Source: Phoronis australis | Lineage: Eukaryota; Animalia; Phoronida | Direction: 5' to 3' | Assembly (NCBI GenBank): GCA_002633005.1 | Contig: NMRA01000553.1 | Span: 124,161-188,160 of the forward strand | DNA length: 64,000 nt | Shown: positions 44,118 through 57,800 of the stretch, one piece after another | How positions within the stretch are numbered: the first letter of the stretch is position 1 | How the letters are laid out: each line of letters starts with the position of its first letter | Position numbers and translations under genes: made by a program | Notes under the pieces: generated by a model | Database searches by the model: none | The model's input: the letters and a program-made list of their open reading frames with translations, nothing else | Told to the model about the DNA's origin: nothing

Positions 44118-47100
44118 TTTTGCTATACTATAATCATTTCATGCAGGTATGGGTGACCAAGACCGAAGAATCCACATACCACTGTATACTTGCAAGTTAA
44201 CATCAGAGGCACCACCCTGGAACACTTCACAGCACTCATCAACATTCCTCAATGAGTAGCCAACTGCAATACCCATTTGTTGTCTAGGCAACAGACTGGT
44301 CTCCTAGCAACAATTCCAAGCAAAGCTCCAGAAATGATTGATAAAGTTAGTGGGAATGTTCGTCCACTAAAACCAATTTGATTTAGCATTTTGAACTATC
44401 GGTTTGGATGCCAGAATGTTCCTGTATTTGCAAGCTCAGATATATACAAACAGATTGGACAGAAGCAAGGATACATTTGTCTTGATATCTCTTGATTAAC
44501 TGGGAGTAATCAATACTTACTTGTTTTGCTAAGCTCTAACTCATCTATTAATATCACTAATGCATCACATTACTGTGTGTGTAATATGTAGCTTTGGGAG
44601 GGCCAGAGGCACAGCTAAGCAACATATATCCTTCCAGCCCATGTTTCAGTTCATTGAACAGCAAAACTGATATGAAACAACGGAACTCTTCAGTGTTGAG
44701 AGAGCACAAAAACAACTTCTGTTAAAGCCACTTTTAAACTCCAGAGGTCAAGTATTTGTGAATGATGAAAAGCAATTTCTTTCATTCCTACCAGTCCCTA
44801 GCCATGTTGGATTTATTTACGTGAATCCTTTCAACAATGGTGACTTAAGAGAAGTGCCTAGTGAGTAGTGACACGGTGAGAAATTCCACTGCTTTAATTT
44901 TTCGCTCAAGTTCCATGTAAACTGTAGGTGACGTTCTATATTAGCACAAAAACATTCAAATTTCTAACTAATGATCACAAAGGACAATTTATTTCATTGC
45001 AATCAACATGACGATACACATTGCGCTCAGTAAAACATAAACGCTGAGCAGTAGACCATGCTCAACAATATGTATCACACTTTCCAACTAAAAACAATGT
45101 TCAAGACCAAGCACTGTAGAAAAGACTTTTAATAGTGAATTTTCTCAACCACAATAAATTTTTCATTTTTAGCCAAGTGGTTTGCACTGGGCAGCTGTCT
45201 TTGGATGACTTAGAGCAAGTACAGAAAAGCAGCAAGCTTCTGAAAACTTGAAGACTATCTACAGCATGCTATGACAGCAAAATCCATTTGAGATGTGCAG
45301 CTCACAATCACAACCAGATACCACTGTCCAATTCAGTACATCTCTAAACAGAACCCCCCCCCAACAGACAGATACTGATGAGCAGAGCCGCAAGCCACTT
45401 ACATGGGTCCCATTATTTAGTGCAGAAAACTAGCTTTCAAAGTGCAGAACCTTGGTATAAAGTGACCATTACCAGCAGAGCTATGAGACAAGGTACAGCG
45501 TCTACAGGCTTTAAAAGTAATATCAGAGCTATCTCTAAGACAGTGTACAGACCCTCGGCTCCTCTAAGATACTCTAAAGGTAATATCAGAGCTATCTCTG
45601 ATACAGTGTACAGACCCTCCTCTATCTCTGAGACAGATTACTGACCCACCTCTAAGATACTCTGTAAGTACTATCAGAGCTATCTCTGAGACAGCGTACA
45701 GACCCTCCTCTAAGCTACACTAAAGGTAATATCAGAGCTATCTCTGATACAGTGTACAGACCCTCCTCTATCTCTGAGACAGAGTACTGACCCACCTCTA
45801 AGATACTCTGTAAGTACTATCACAGCTATCTCCGAGACAGGGTACAGACCACCTCTAGGATACTCAATCAGCACTCTACCCACCTCTAATGTACTCAATC
45901 AGCACTCTACCCACCTCTAATGTACTCAATCAGCACTCTACCCACCTCTAATGTACTCAATCAGCACCAGCAGAACTATGTAGGCAGCGTACAGAGCCAA
46001 ATATGCACAAAGCAATAGCAGAAGAAAGAGCAGGAATAGATCGGGGTGATCCTCAAGGAAGGGACAACCAAGGAATCGCATCCACGAGATCACGGACAGT
46101 TAAACATGACGAGCATAAGGCTGTGTACGTAGAATGTAAACGTCGATCATCCTCATTTTGAATTCTCGTAGAAAAAAAATCAATAGCCGTCTAGATAACA
46201 GAAACGTTCTCTGAGAAGATGACTAAAAATGTTCACTTTCCAGCAAGACGCAGAGCAATTTGCTAATCAATAACATCTTAAAGGCAACGTCATTATGGGT
46301 AGACTCATCGTTAAATGCCAGGCAGTTGTATGAATTAGTTGAGATTTTTACGTAAATTAAAATGCCATCCAGGAACAGGCACTCAAGTCCGAAGTGCAAC
46401 AACTTTAAACATTTACACAGGAAGTCACTTATGGTACAAACAGCAACCAGTAAGCATTCAAACACCAGTCAATGCTGCAAGAAACACGTTAATTTTGCAC
46501 TCACTGTTGCAGATGCANTTTTGCTATACTATAATCATTTCATGCAGGTATGGGTGACCAAGACCCAAGAATCCACATACCACTGTATACTTGCAAGTTA
46601 ACATCAGAGGCACCACCCTGGAACACTTCACAGCACTCATCAACATTCCTCAATGAGTAGCCAACTGCAATACCCATTTGTTTCCTAGGCAACAGACTGG
46701 TCTCCTAGCAACAATTCCAAGCAAAGCTCCAGAAATGATTGATAAAGTTTAATAGTGGGAATGTTCATCCACTAAAACCAATTTGATTTAGCATTTTGAA
46801 CTATCGGTTTGGATGCCAGAATGTTCCTGTATTTGCAAGCTCAGATATACAAACAGATTGGACAGAAGCAAGGATGCATTTGTCTTGATATCTCTTGATT
46901 AACTGGGAGTAATCGATACTTACTTGTTTTGCTAAGCTCTAACTCATCTATTTATATCACTAATGCATCACATTACTGTGTGTAATATGTAGCTTTGGGC
47001 CAGAGGCACAGCTAGGCAACATATCCTTCCAGCCCATGTTTCAGTTCATTGATCAGCAAAACTGATATGAAACAACGGAACTCTTCAGTGTTGAGAGAGC

Positions 47101-48831
47101 ACAAAAACAACTTCTGTTAAAGCCACTTTTTAACTCCAGAGGTCAAGTATTTGTGAACGATGAAAAGCAATTTCTTTCATTCCTACCAGCACCTAGCCAT
47201 GTTGGACTTATTTACGTGAATCCTTTCAACAATGGTGACTTAAGACAAGTGCTTAGTGACACGGTGAGAAATTCCACTGCTTTAACTTTCCGCTCAAGTT
47301 CCATGTAAACTGTAGGTGACGTTCTATATTAGCACAAAAACATTCAAATTTCTAAACAATGATCACAAAGGACAATTTATTTCATTGCAATCAACATGAC
47401 GATACACATTGTGCTCAGTAAAACATAAACACTGAGCAGTAGACCATGCTCAACAATATGTATAACATTTTCCAACTAAAAACAATGCCCAAGACCCAGC
47501 ACGGTAGTAAAGACTTTTAATAATGAATTTTCTCAACCACAATAATTTTTTCATTTTTAGCCAAGTGGTTTGCACTGCGCAGCTGTCTTTGGATGACTTA
47601 GAGCAAGTACAGAAAAGCACCAAGATTTCTGAAAACTTGAAGAATTTCTACTGTGAGCTGTGACAGCAAAATCCATTTGAGATGTGCAGCTCCCAATCAC
47701 AACCAGATACCACTGTCCAATTCAGTACATCTCTAAACAGAATCCCCCCTCCCAACAGACAGATACTGATGAGCAGAGCCACAAGCCACTTACATGGGTC
47801 CCATTATTTAATGGAGAAAACTAGCTTTTAAAGTACAGAACCCGGGTATAAAGTGACCATTACCAGCAGAGCTATGAGACAAGGTACAGCGTCTACAGGC
47901 TTTATAAGTAATATCAGAGCTATCTCTAAGACAGTGTACAGACCCTCCTCTAAGATACTCTAAAGGTAATATCAGAGCTATCTCTGAGACAGTGTACAGA
48001 CCCTCCTCTAAGATATTCTAAAGGTAATCTCAGAGCTATCTCTGAAACAGTGTACAGACCCTCCTCTAAGATACTCTATATGTACTATCAGAGATATCTC
48101 TGAGACAGAGTACTGACCCACCTCTAAGATACTCTGTAAGTACTATCAGAGCTATCTCTGAGACAGCGTACAGACCCTCCTCTAAGATACTTTATAAGTA
48201 CTATCACAGCTATCTCTGAGACAGGGTACAGACCACCTCTAGGATACTCAATCAGCACTCTACCCACCTCTAATGTACTCAATCAGCACCAGCAGAACTA
48301 TGTAGGCAGCGTACAGAGCCAAATATGCACAAAGCAATAGCAGAAGAAAGAGCAGGAATAGATCGGGGTGATCCTCAAGGAAGGGACAACCAAGGAATCG
48401 CATCCACGAGATCACGGACAGTTACACATGACGAGCATAACGCTGTGTACGTACAATGTAAACGTCGATCATCCTCATTTTGAATTCTCGCAGAAAAAAA
48501 TCAATAGCCGTCTAGATAAAAGAAACGTGCTCTGAGAAGATGACTAAAAATGTTCACTTTCCACCAAGACGCAGAGCAATTTGCTAATCAATAACATCTT
48601 AAAGGCAACGTCATTATGGGTAGACTCATCGTTAAATGCCAGGCAGTTGTATGAATTAGTTGAGATTTTTACGTAAATTAAAATGCCATCCAGGAACAGG
48701 CACTCAAGTCTGAAGTGCAACAACTTTAAACATTTACACAGGAAGTCACTTATGGTACAAACAGCAACCAGTAAGCATTCAAACACCAGTCAATGCTGCA
48801 AGAAACACGTTAATTTTGCACTCACTGTTGC
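44118..48831. repeat. ~2.3-kb tandem duplication 44118..46517 / 46519..48831 joined by one N
   Basis: Colinear copies with scattered SNPs and indels; duplicated spurious ORFs at 46223 and 48544. Confidence 0.9.
45515..45966. repeat. Compound minisatellite (~55-bp tatcagagctatctctgagacagtgtacagaccctcctctaagatactc units plus 31-bp tactcaatcagcactctacccacctctaatg units)
   Basis: Second version with different unit numbers at ~47905..48290. Confidence 0.88.
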
Positions 48832-51109
48832 GCAAGCACATCAACCGGAATCATTCACTCACAGCAAGAAGTATGTTCCAGGGATTGTTTATAAATACAA
48901 CTTAAATACTACCATGTACCCAAAGGCCAGTTATAATTTGCGGGACTAACCAATGAAATGCTACTGCCCTGTTTGGTATTATTTATCGATTGTCAGGTTC
49001 TCAAAATCAGGGACTACCAAAAACAACAATTATCAAAATTCTTGTTTTTTGCTAGATCCTTGGTCTTAGTTCTCATGATTTCTATTTTGGATAAGCGTAA
49101 TGCAAAATCAACTCAAATGTAACGCTTAATCGAAAACCAGAGCCAATCAAATTTCTTTCTCCACCATACAAACCTTTCAAAAATCACAGCAGAAAAATGA
49201 ACCCAAAATTCGACCAAGCAATGGTGCTGCACAGCCAATCACTAAAATTCCAAAACAGCACATAGACTAATACCTCACTTTCTAAATTGAATAATGTGTG
49301 TGTTTGATAAAGATTAGACTTCTATAATGTGATCAAGTCCAGGCCCAGGGCATAAAATAAACAAACTGCAGTTCAGCAACCATACATGCCAGCCTTTATT
49401 CACTTTGTAAGGCAAGTATGACTGCTGGATGTCATCACATTGAAATATAATCAGTTTTTATTTCCTGGAGGGGGCAGTAAAAATAGGAACACTTTGGGAA
49501 ACTGAACGAAGGACTGCTAGAAGAAAAAGTTTGATTATGGAAGCTAAAGACATCGATGACCTCATAAAGTGTCCCTCTATGTGCAAAAAGGTACTTCTGA
49601 CAATGTGACTTCGACGTTTTAATCAGTGTGAGGCATAATTCGTCTAAAAGTTTCAGGCATAGGAAGATCCTATAGAACCTATAGGAGCTTCACCGTCTTT
49701 ACTGCAACCAGCTAGAGATGGTGGTCGCAGTCTACCCGAATGCCAGCCACCGGTAGGTTAAAAAATACAAATGGCAGAGTCACAGGAGAAAAGTAAAAGT
49801 CAAATTTTCGAGTGAATAAGTTCTTTCGAAGGGTCTGATTTCCATGCAGTTGTATTCCCTGTATTAATTCTTAAGATAAACGTGGTCATGCAATTGCAAT
49901 TTTAATCATGCCAGTTACAGTTTGACGTTCAATTTGACTGTGATGTGTATGACGCATGATTCTGCACTTTCACTGTGCAGACATCCCACCCTGTTTAAAG
50001 GTAGCCAGCCAGCCAGCTAGCTGTATAAAGACTATTGTCAAAAGGCAGCTAAGTACCACCATGTGGTCAGCTCCGACAGACCTCGAAAGTGCACACAGCC
50101 TGGGTAATTCTGCTCGTCACCTAGTGAAACTAGTACCAAGTTGATAACATGGAGAGCTAAAGAGCAGTGACTGTGCATGCAAAATCTTTGAGTGACTTAG
50201 CCAACACTGACCTTGCTCATTGCAGTCGTTTAAGTGAAAAACTTAGAAAGTGGCTCGCGGTAGTGAAGAATGAAAGGTACGCTGTTAATAGCAAGTATGA
50301 GGCCGTGAAACATCTGGTGTCTGTGGCCGGCATTTCGTCAAACACAGTGATTTCTCTCACGAATTGCGGCTTACCAAAGAACTATCCATACGTTCTGTTG
50401 CCTGTGCATGCTCACGGTGCCTCTCTAGTATTTCTTGATCAGTGTATTCAGGTTCGAACTGATAGCCTGTATAACGATCCGACCCGTGAAGTCTTCGTCG
50501 GATAAGCTCTTGACTTAGTTGGGATTGGCGCCGGGCGAGTTGCTGTGTAGACGTTTATTATTCTGCATTCTGTTTCAAAATGAATTATTCTAATCCTAAC
50601 CAATGCAACTTATATAAAAGTGAAACAAAGTATGTCTCATTAGACACAATTTGTAATGCCTTTAGAGTATTCGTGAGTGCAAATGTTGAGAAACCAGCAA
50701 TGAATAAACCACTGCGTTACCGGCTTTTGTTATTTTGATGCCGGCAATAAAGATAATTGACAGGGCACCAAGGCTGTGTGAGCCCATGCCTATACAGTGT
50801 TTGCTGACAGAAAGCTGTTGTGAAACAATTACTCGATTTTATATGCTATGGTCACATGTTAAGGGAATCTTTATTTAGCAATACAAATACATTATCCAAA
50901 TCATTGTTACTGTACAACCTTTGCCCTGACAGTCTGTGGAAAGGGAACCCAACTTCGCAGCCCCCGAAAAATAAGTAGATTTTCAGTTTCGTGGCTAATT
51001 CACATAAATAATTACTTGCACATTATTTCTTTGGCTCTTTTCGTGACTGGAGGTTTAGTTTCCAACTCAAGCTGGTTTATGTTCGTGCCAGTCCCGGCGG
51101 CAACGACAG

Positions 51110-51200
51110 ACCTGATCGGGTTCCGAGCCAGTGGCCGGGATAACGAGTCAGTCCGGCTGTGACGGGCCTGATCGGGTTCCGAGCCACTGGCCGGGATAAC
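51110..51200. repeat. Direct repeat x2 (56-bp spacing)
   Basis: cctgatcgggttccgagcca(g/c)tggccgggataac. Confidence 0.85.
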
Positions 51201-51706
51201 AAGTGTTTTGTGTGTTTAGAACTCAAAAAGTCACAAGTCTACACAATGCAGATCTAGGTTCTCTTGTCCGTATTTCACGGAAGAATACTTCGAATTTATC
51301 TCCACACAGACCCCTAACTCCTGCTACAGACCTTGGTAAATTGGCAGGACTCGACATAACAGGCTGCAGGTCGCATTTGCGACCTGAAATTTGGAAATGC
51401 GAGCTGAGATTTCTGTCAGCTCGTATCAAGTCGCAAAATGCGACCTGGAATTTCCAACGAATGCGAGCTGAGTTTTTACACTTCTCAACAGATACCTGGC
51501 AAATACAAAGCAGCTCTTGTTAATCCGACCGTTATTTGGTTGTTGCCAAATCAAAGTTCAAAAGAACACTAACCGAGAACAGTCCTACTTGTAAGCAAGT
51601 CGCGTGAACATGGAATATGCAGAATCGATCTTTGACGCGTTTCATTGGCTAACACTTTCGGCCACTTTTGTAAATTCCCGGATTCGCCGAAGAAAGTTTC
51701 GGGCCA

Positions 51707-52211
51707 NNNNNNNNNNNNNNNNNNNNNNNNNNNNNNNNNNNNNNNNNNNNNNNNNNNNNNNNNNNNNNNNNNNNNNNNNNNNNNNNNNNNNNNNNNNNNN
51801 NNNNNNNNNNNNNNNNNNNNNNNNNNNNNNNNNNNNNNNNNNNNNNNNNNNNNNNNNNNNNNNNNNNNNNNNNNNNNNNNNNNNNNNNNNNNNNNNNNNN
51901 NNNNNNNNNNNNNNNNNNNNNNNNNNNNNNNNNNNNNNNNNNNNNNNNNNNNNNNNNNNNNNNNNNNNNNNNNNNNNNNNNNNNNNNNNNNNNNNNNNNN
52001 NNNNNNNNNNNNNNNNNNNNNNNNNNNNNNNNNNNNNNNNNNNNNNNNNNNNNNNNNNNNNNNNNNNNNNNNNNNNNNNNNNNNNNNNNNNNNNNNNNNN
52101 NNNNNNNNNNNNNNNNNNNNNNNNNNNNNNNNNNNNNNNNNNNNNNNNNNNNNNNNNNNNNNNNNNNNNNNNNNNNNNNNNNNNNNNNNNNNNNNNNNNN
52201 NNNNNNNNNNN
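51707..52211. other. Assembly gap (N run)
   Basis: ~505 N. Confidence 0.99.
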
Positions 52212-53178
52212 NGAAATCGCAAAATTGTACGTAGTGACTTCTCTTTGTCGGCTGTGTTGACTTTAAGGTCAATATCTTCGCACAGGAACGTCTAATCGAA
52301 ATGGTTTTTTTGGCAAATTATTCATCATAAAAAGTTCTTTAAAATGATGTATTACATGTCTATTTACGTTTCTTAGTTTTGAAATAATAATATTTTGAAC
52401 TCGCAGATTCGATTTGACAGAATTTTTACCAAAAATTTTGACACGAAAATGACATTTTCTCCGGAACCATAAGTCCAATTTAAAAAATTTTACTATCGTT
52501 ATTTTAGTCTCGAAAAGAGCTTTCTAATGATGTATATTACATGCACATTTTCTAAAATTTTTGAAAAATGCTGTCCTCCCTAAAGCAGGGCAGTTTTTAT
52601 GTCAATTTTATACATTACTTTAGTCATTACGAATCTGAATCTCTGGAGTGACATTCTTTGAACCGACTAAGGTTTATAGCTACACAGAATAGCTTACTGT
52701 CAGCAAACTATTGATTTATCCTTACTCCTTTCATTCAGGCAGTAAATGATTCATATCTACGTATATCTACTGTTTATTGGCTAACATTCGCGGCCATTTT
52801 CAAGCCAATTTGACCTGACCCAATTTTAAACATTCTTGACCTAATTTAAGAAGATATTAAAATGGACGGGAAATCAAGAACAGACGTCATCAAAATCACC
52901 CCTCGTAATTTTCAGACATTGTTACACTTGGAAATATGAACGTCGCAGGATTATAGATTCTAGTCTGCTTACAGAAGAGTAAAATCCGAAATGGTGAGAG
53001 CAGCTACTTGCCAACAGCGGCCCCGGCAAGTTGTGGCTGGGTGTGACCGGCAATGCAGTATTAATTTACCTTAATCACCAAAAGCTCTCTCACGAGAACA
53101 CGCAAACTAGCGAAAGCTTAAACAACGAATATACTTTGTAAAAATATCAAAGTATGAACATGTGAACATTTGTCTTAC

Positions 53179-53260
53179 CTTCAAATTTCTTTAATAAAAA
53201 CTTGACATCAAACACAACTCTCTTGACCTTGTGAAGTCTAAAATGGCGGCTAAGGCGTTT
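53179..53260 (-). other. Probable non-coding first exon of alpha-spectrin (5' end uncertain)
   Basis: AAG|gtaaga donor at 53178, next to a YY1 motif; the first coding exon has an acceptor, so an upstream exon is required. Confidence 0.5.
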
Positions 53261-53734
53261 GTTCGCCCCCTGTGAAAAATCGATAAATATGTTGACTTAT
53301 CAATTTTTCCGGGTAAGTACGCTTATTTATGCATTTGGAAGTTACTATAAAATATATTGTTTCATTTTTAATTCAATGTGTGATAGAAAAGAGTTAATCT
53401 TTTGCAAATGACGGAACATATTCCGTTCATTACAGTTTCCCTCAATGAATGGAAAAGCAAAAAGTCACGTGACGACGCGGATCGTAGAAAAGACCATAAT
53501 TATCAGCTGGATGCTCGTGTATAGCAACCTAATTAATTTTGTGAAAGTGCGAGCCCAAATATTAAGATCTCTGAGTAGAAGTTGCTTTAGAATTAACCCA
53601 TAGCATTTATCTTAAAGGTGCGACAATTTTTTGTGGATTGAAACTTCGTATTCTAAACCAAAATTAATATTTACGATAAATGAGGCCGTTCTTCCGTTTC
53701 GTTTTTCCGACTAGTGTAGGCTACGTCACATGAC
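53240..53734. promoter_or_regulatory. Putative bidirectional promoter
   Basis: YY1-type AAAATGGCGGC at 53240-53250; DRE-like ATCGATA at ~53279; GTCACGTGAC at 53464-53473; GTCACATGAC at 53725-53734; lies between divergent genes. Confidence 0.55.
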
Positions 53735-54717
53735 TGGGCCTGCCGGGTACCCGGAGTGGGAAGGTGGCAGTACTGTCTTACCCATGCCATGGAAGCTTAT
53801 TTCGATACATGTTATAACATAGCTCCAGAATTGTGGGAATCTCTCTCCCTCCTAGCCCCCCCCCCCTCATTGACGGTAGGCTAGTTGTCTAGACAATGAG
53901 CCAGCTAGACGGAGGTGAATGTTTACTTGCAGTCCTGCTGATCAACGTGGGTCTCTTTCTCTTCAGCCCATAGCTCTGGCCGTTGGCACCAACATCTGAG
54001 AACCGTGTCAACCTGAGTAATTGTTCACACTCACCCAAACGGTTTGAGGACTTTGAGATGTAAATAGTAACAAGTTGAAATAGCATGCCATATGTCACCC
54101 TATGGCTATGATGCTTTGTTTATGTTAGATTGGTGTTTTGATGAATTATGGGTGTTTGTTGTAAATTGTAACAGCTTGACCTTTAGAGCTGGAATTCCAA
54201 AAGAATTTAGGTTGACATTTTATAGTGACATGTGTTTCTATATACTCTTGAGATAGTTTGACATTGTTAGTCCTAATTTTTGAATTGTTGATTGACTTGA
54301 CATTTCCACTGAGAAGGGGAGAGATGTCATGTATCAACTTACACCATGGGCTTTACTGATTGTTTATCACAAGACAGCCATGTGGCATATGAACCCATGA
54401 CCTTTGATTCTCCTTATATTGACTCTCACTGCTAGATGCTAGTTAGTTAACCATTGGACTTGAATGTCATTGTATGTGCTTTGATGCAGTTCTTATATCT
54501 AATACGTTATATATGATTGAATTTGTGTGGTTACTCACATTATATGAGTGGGACTTTTAAACTGCTTCCGGCATCTTGTGCAGCTTTCCAGATTCTAAGG
54601 GTTGTTCCTATGTGACGCCAAAAATTGTCAACTTAAAAAAACTAAATGGCATATTGTTTTACCTATCAGTTTCCTCTTTTGCAGTAGTTTACGTGTCTTG
54701 CTGCCCTTGACGTAACC

Positions 54718-54851
54718 ATGGAGACAGTGTGTGCAGACCAACAGCAAAAACCACAGATCTCTACGTTTGTTTTCTTTGACTTGGAAACTACCGGGCTGAC
54801 CATTGATAATCAAACAAAAATCACAGAATTATCGATGGTCGCTGTGGACAG
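54718..54851 (+). CDS. TREX-like first coding exon (ExoI)
   Basis: METVCADQQQKPQISTFVFFDLETTGLTIDNQTKITELSMVAVDR; acceptor ttttgcag at 54684; missed by the ORF track. Confidence 0.88.
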
Positions 54852-57800
54852 GTGATGTGTATAGTTTGCGATTCTTTGCATATCCAGCACTTAGTAGGAT
54901 TATTAAGTGGAGTTTTTAATTCTCAATTTCCTTCGATTTATTGCTTCTTTGAGCTGTTGATGCTATTTCTTTGGGAATGGGGGGGAGATAGTCTGAAGTC
55001 CATTGCTCCCGTACATACTGGCATCTGAAGTCATCTTGATAGTTTTTGAAGGAAGGTGCAATGTTTTATTCTGCTGTTCACCTTATGAAACTTATTGTTT
55101 CTAGTCATCAGCACAGTTCCAACTGCACCTCACAAGAATTCTCAGTCCTTAGACAAATCTGACATGTAATTAGGCCATTCAAAAATCTGTAACAGGGAAA
55201 GCCTTCTGTTGAATTTTCTTCAAGACAAATTGGTTGAAATTGATGCTGGCAGGCACTTGTTAAACACGCATGCTTGCACTCTGTTTGTGTGTGCGTGTGT
55301 GTATGGGTGCATTATTTTCAATACTGATATGCAGGTTTCATTTTGAGTCAGGCTGCAGACAAGAATCACCTGTTCAATAAGCATGGTTGTTTCTCCTTCT
55401 AGGCAGTCTCTACTAGACTCACAGCAAAGACACCAGTTGCCACGGGTGATGAATAAGTTACTAGTGCCAATCAATCCCATTAGAGCAGTGCCACCCATTG
55501 TGTTTGAGCTGACAGGTTTGTAACTCAGTCATGGGGCTTTGTTAAGCACCAAACTCATTCCCAGAAGGTCCAAGCTTGTCTTGACATGCTCCAGTAATGA
55601 GCTGAAGACTGACAAAAAATGGACAAAGTTGGCTAAGACCAATGCAATACACTCAGCGCAGTCCTTACTCCGATCATCCAATGCTTTGTCGGTTTCCACT
55701 CTGTTTTCAAGGTTGCTCTACTGAGGGCAAATTTAGTGTGACACGACCTTAACACTTACACATCGAAGCTTTTGAATGGCGGTTACTGGTGCATAATAGG
55801 GCCGTTCTGGATTACACAGCGATAGAACTTTCGTTTGTCCTGGAGATTAGAAAGCGCATGACCTCATTTTGTAAATCAGGCACATTTTGGTGTCTCTCAT
55901 TGATGGCGGGAAGGTGAAGAATTTCAGACCTCGTATCCACGAGTATTTGTCCAATTTATCAAGCTTTCTCATGTCAGAGTTGTAGTAATACTTTGTTGGT
56001 ATTGGAGGGACGAATAGAATAATGCAACCAAGAAAAACTTGTAAAGAATTAAATAACAAATAGCGTGAAACTTCAGTGGCACGAAAACGAGGCAGCAAAT
56101 GTGCGTGACGGATGTTTACGTCATTGTGGGTAAATACAGTGAGATTGGAGTGTTGCTATGTAATCCGGGATGACCCTTTATTATGCAGCTGAGTTGTACA
56201 TTTTTTTCTATTGGAATGCAATTTTTCATGTTACAATTTATGACATAGCTTTATATCCAAGTCTGTCTCACAAACAATAACACGAATCTGCCACCTTCAT
56301 GGTTGATATGGTCTATGGAAAATCTTTGGAGGACAACCTTACATTTACTGTCTGGTGGTGGCTCAAGTTTCAGCACACGTTTGAGTTTCAATATTTTGCC
56401 TGATGTATTGATTGTGATTTATGACACGGCTTATTGGGTCAGGCTGAAATTACAAACCCTGTTATTCGGCAACAGTAACCAAATGCTATACTGCTGAGCC
56501 AAATTTCACAGATTAAATAGCAGAGTATTTTAAGGGCTGTTCCAGTAAAATCTGTATAGGAGGGGGGGGGGAAGGCACCTTTTTTTCGCACCCACCACCC
56601 ATATTTTTCATTTATTTCTTCAGCCTACCACCCGTAATTTTTTATAAGTTTGGAATGCAACCAACTGTAATTTTTTTTTGTTCTTGTGGTTGACTGCACA
56701 GGCGCTTGAGTTTATCTGTTCCTGCATCATTACTAAGAAAACATATGTTTCTTATATATGGTTATCAGCCGTCGAGAAATTCGAGTACCTGTGGTTAAAT
56801 GGTATTATGGGCATGCGGATGAGGAGATCGGAGGGAGTGAAAAAGTCGGAGCTTTTTGCAGGTTGCATTTTTGTTTCAGTTTTTGATTCTGTGCGGATTG
56901 TTTATAAAATTCACTAAAATTACCCACCATCAAACATTTATGGCCCAATGAAACAACAACGACCTGTAAATTTTTATTTTTTTGAAGNTGAATAAGTTAC
57001 TAGTGCCAATCAATCCCATTAGAGCAGTGCCACCCATTGTGTTTGAGCTGACAGGTTTGTAACTCAGTCATGGGGCTTTGTTAAGCACCAAACTCATTCC
57101 CAGAAGGTCCAAGCTTGTCTTGACATGCTCCAGTAATGAGCTGAAGACTGACAAAAAATGGACAAAGTTGGCTAAGACCAATGCAATACACTCAGCGCAG
57201 TCCTTACTCCGATCATCCAATGCTTTGTCGGTTTCCACTCTGTTTTCAAGGTTGCTCTACTGAGGGCAAATTTAGTGTGACACGACCTTAACACTTACAC
57301 ATCGAAGCTTTTGAATGGCGGTTACTGGTGCATAATAGGGCCGTTCTGGATTACACAGCGATAGAACTTTCGTTTGTCCTGGAGATTAGAAAGCGCATGA
57401 CCTCATTTTGTAAATCAGGCACATTTTGGTGTCTCTCATTGATGGCGGGAAGGTGAAGAATTTCAGACCACGTATCCACGAGTATTTGTCCAATTTATCA
57501 AGCTTTCTCATGTCAGAGTTGCAGTAATACTTTGTTGGTATTGGAGGGACGAATAGAATAATGCAACCAAGAAAAACTTGTAAAGAATTAAATAACAAAT
57601 AGCGTGAAACTTCAGTGGCACGAAAACGAGGCAGCAAATGTGCGTGACGGATGTTTATGTCATTGTGGGTAAATACAGTGAGATTGGAGTGTTGCTATGT
57701 AATCCGGGATGACCCTTCATTATGCAGCTGAGTTGTACATTTTTTTCTATTGGAATGCAATTTTTCATGTTACAATTTATGACATAGCTTTATATCCAAG

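Noticed and set aside
46223-48949. Duplicated 80-aa ORFs as paralogous small genes
   Set aside because: They recur only because of the probable haplotype duplication; no coding signature.
50167-50540. 112-aa ORF and TGGCGCC as an LTR primer-binding site
   Set aside because: No retroelement motifs and no paired LTRs; the match is too short.
51569-52295. Long ORFs across the N gap
   Set aside because: Artefacts of translating N.
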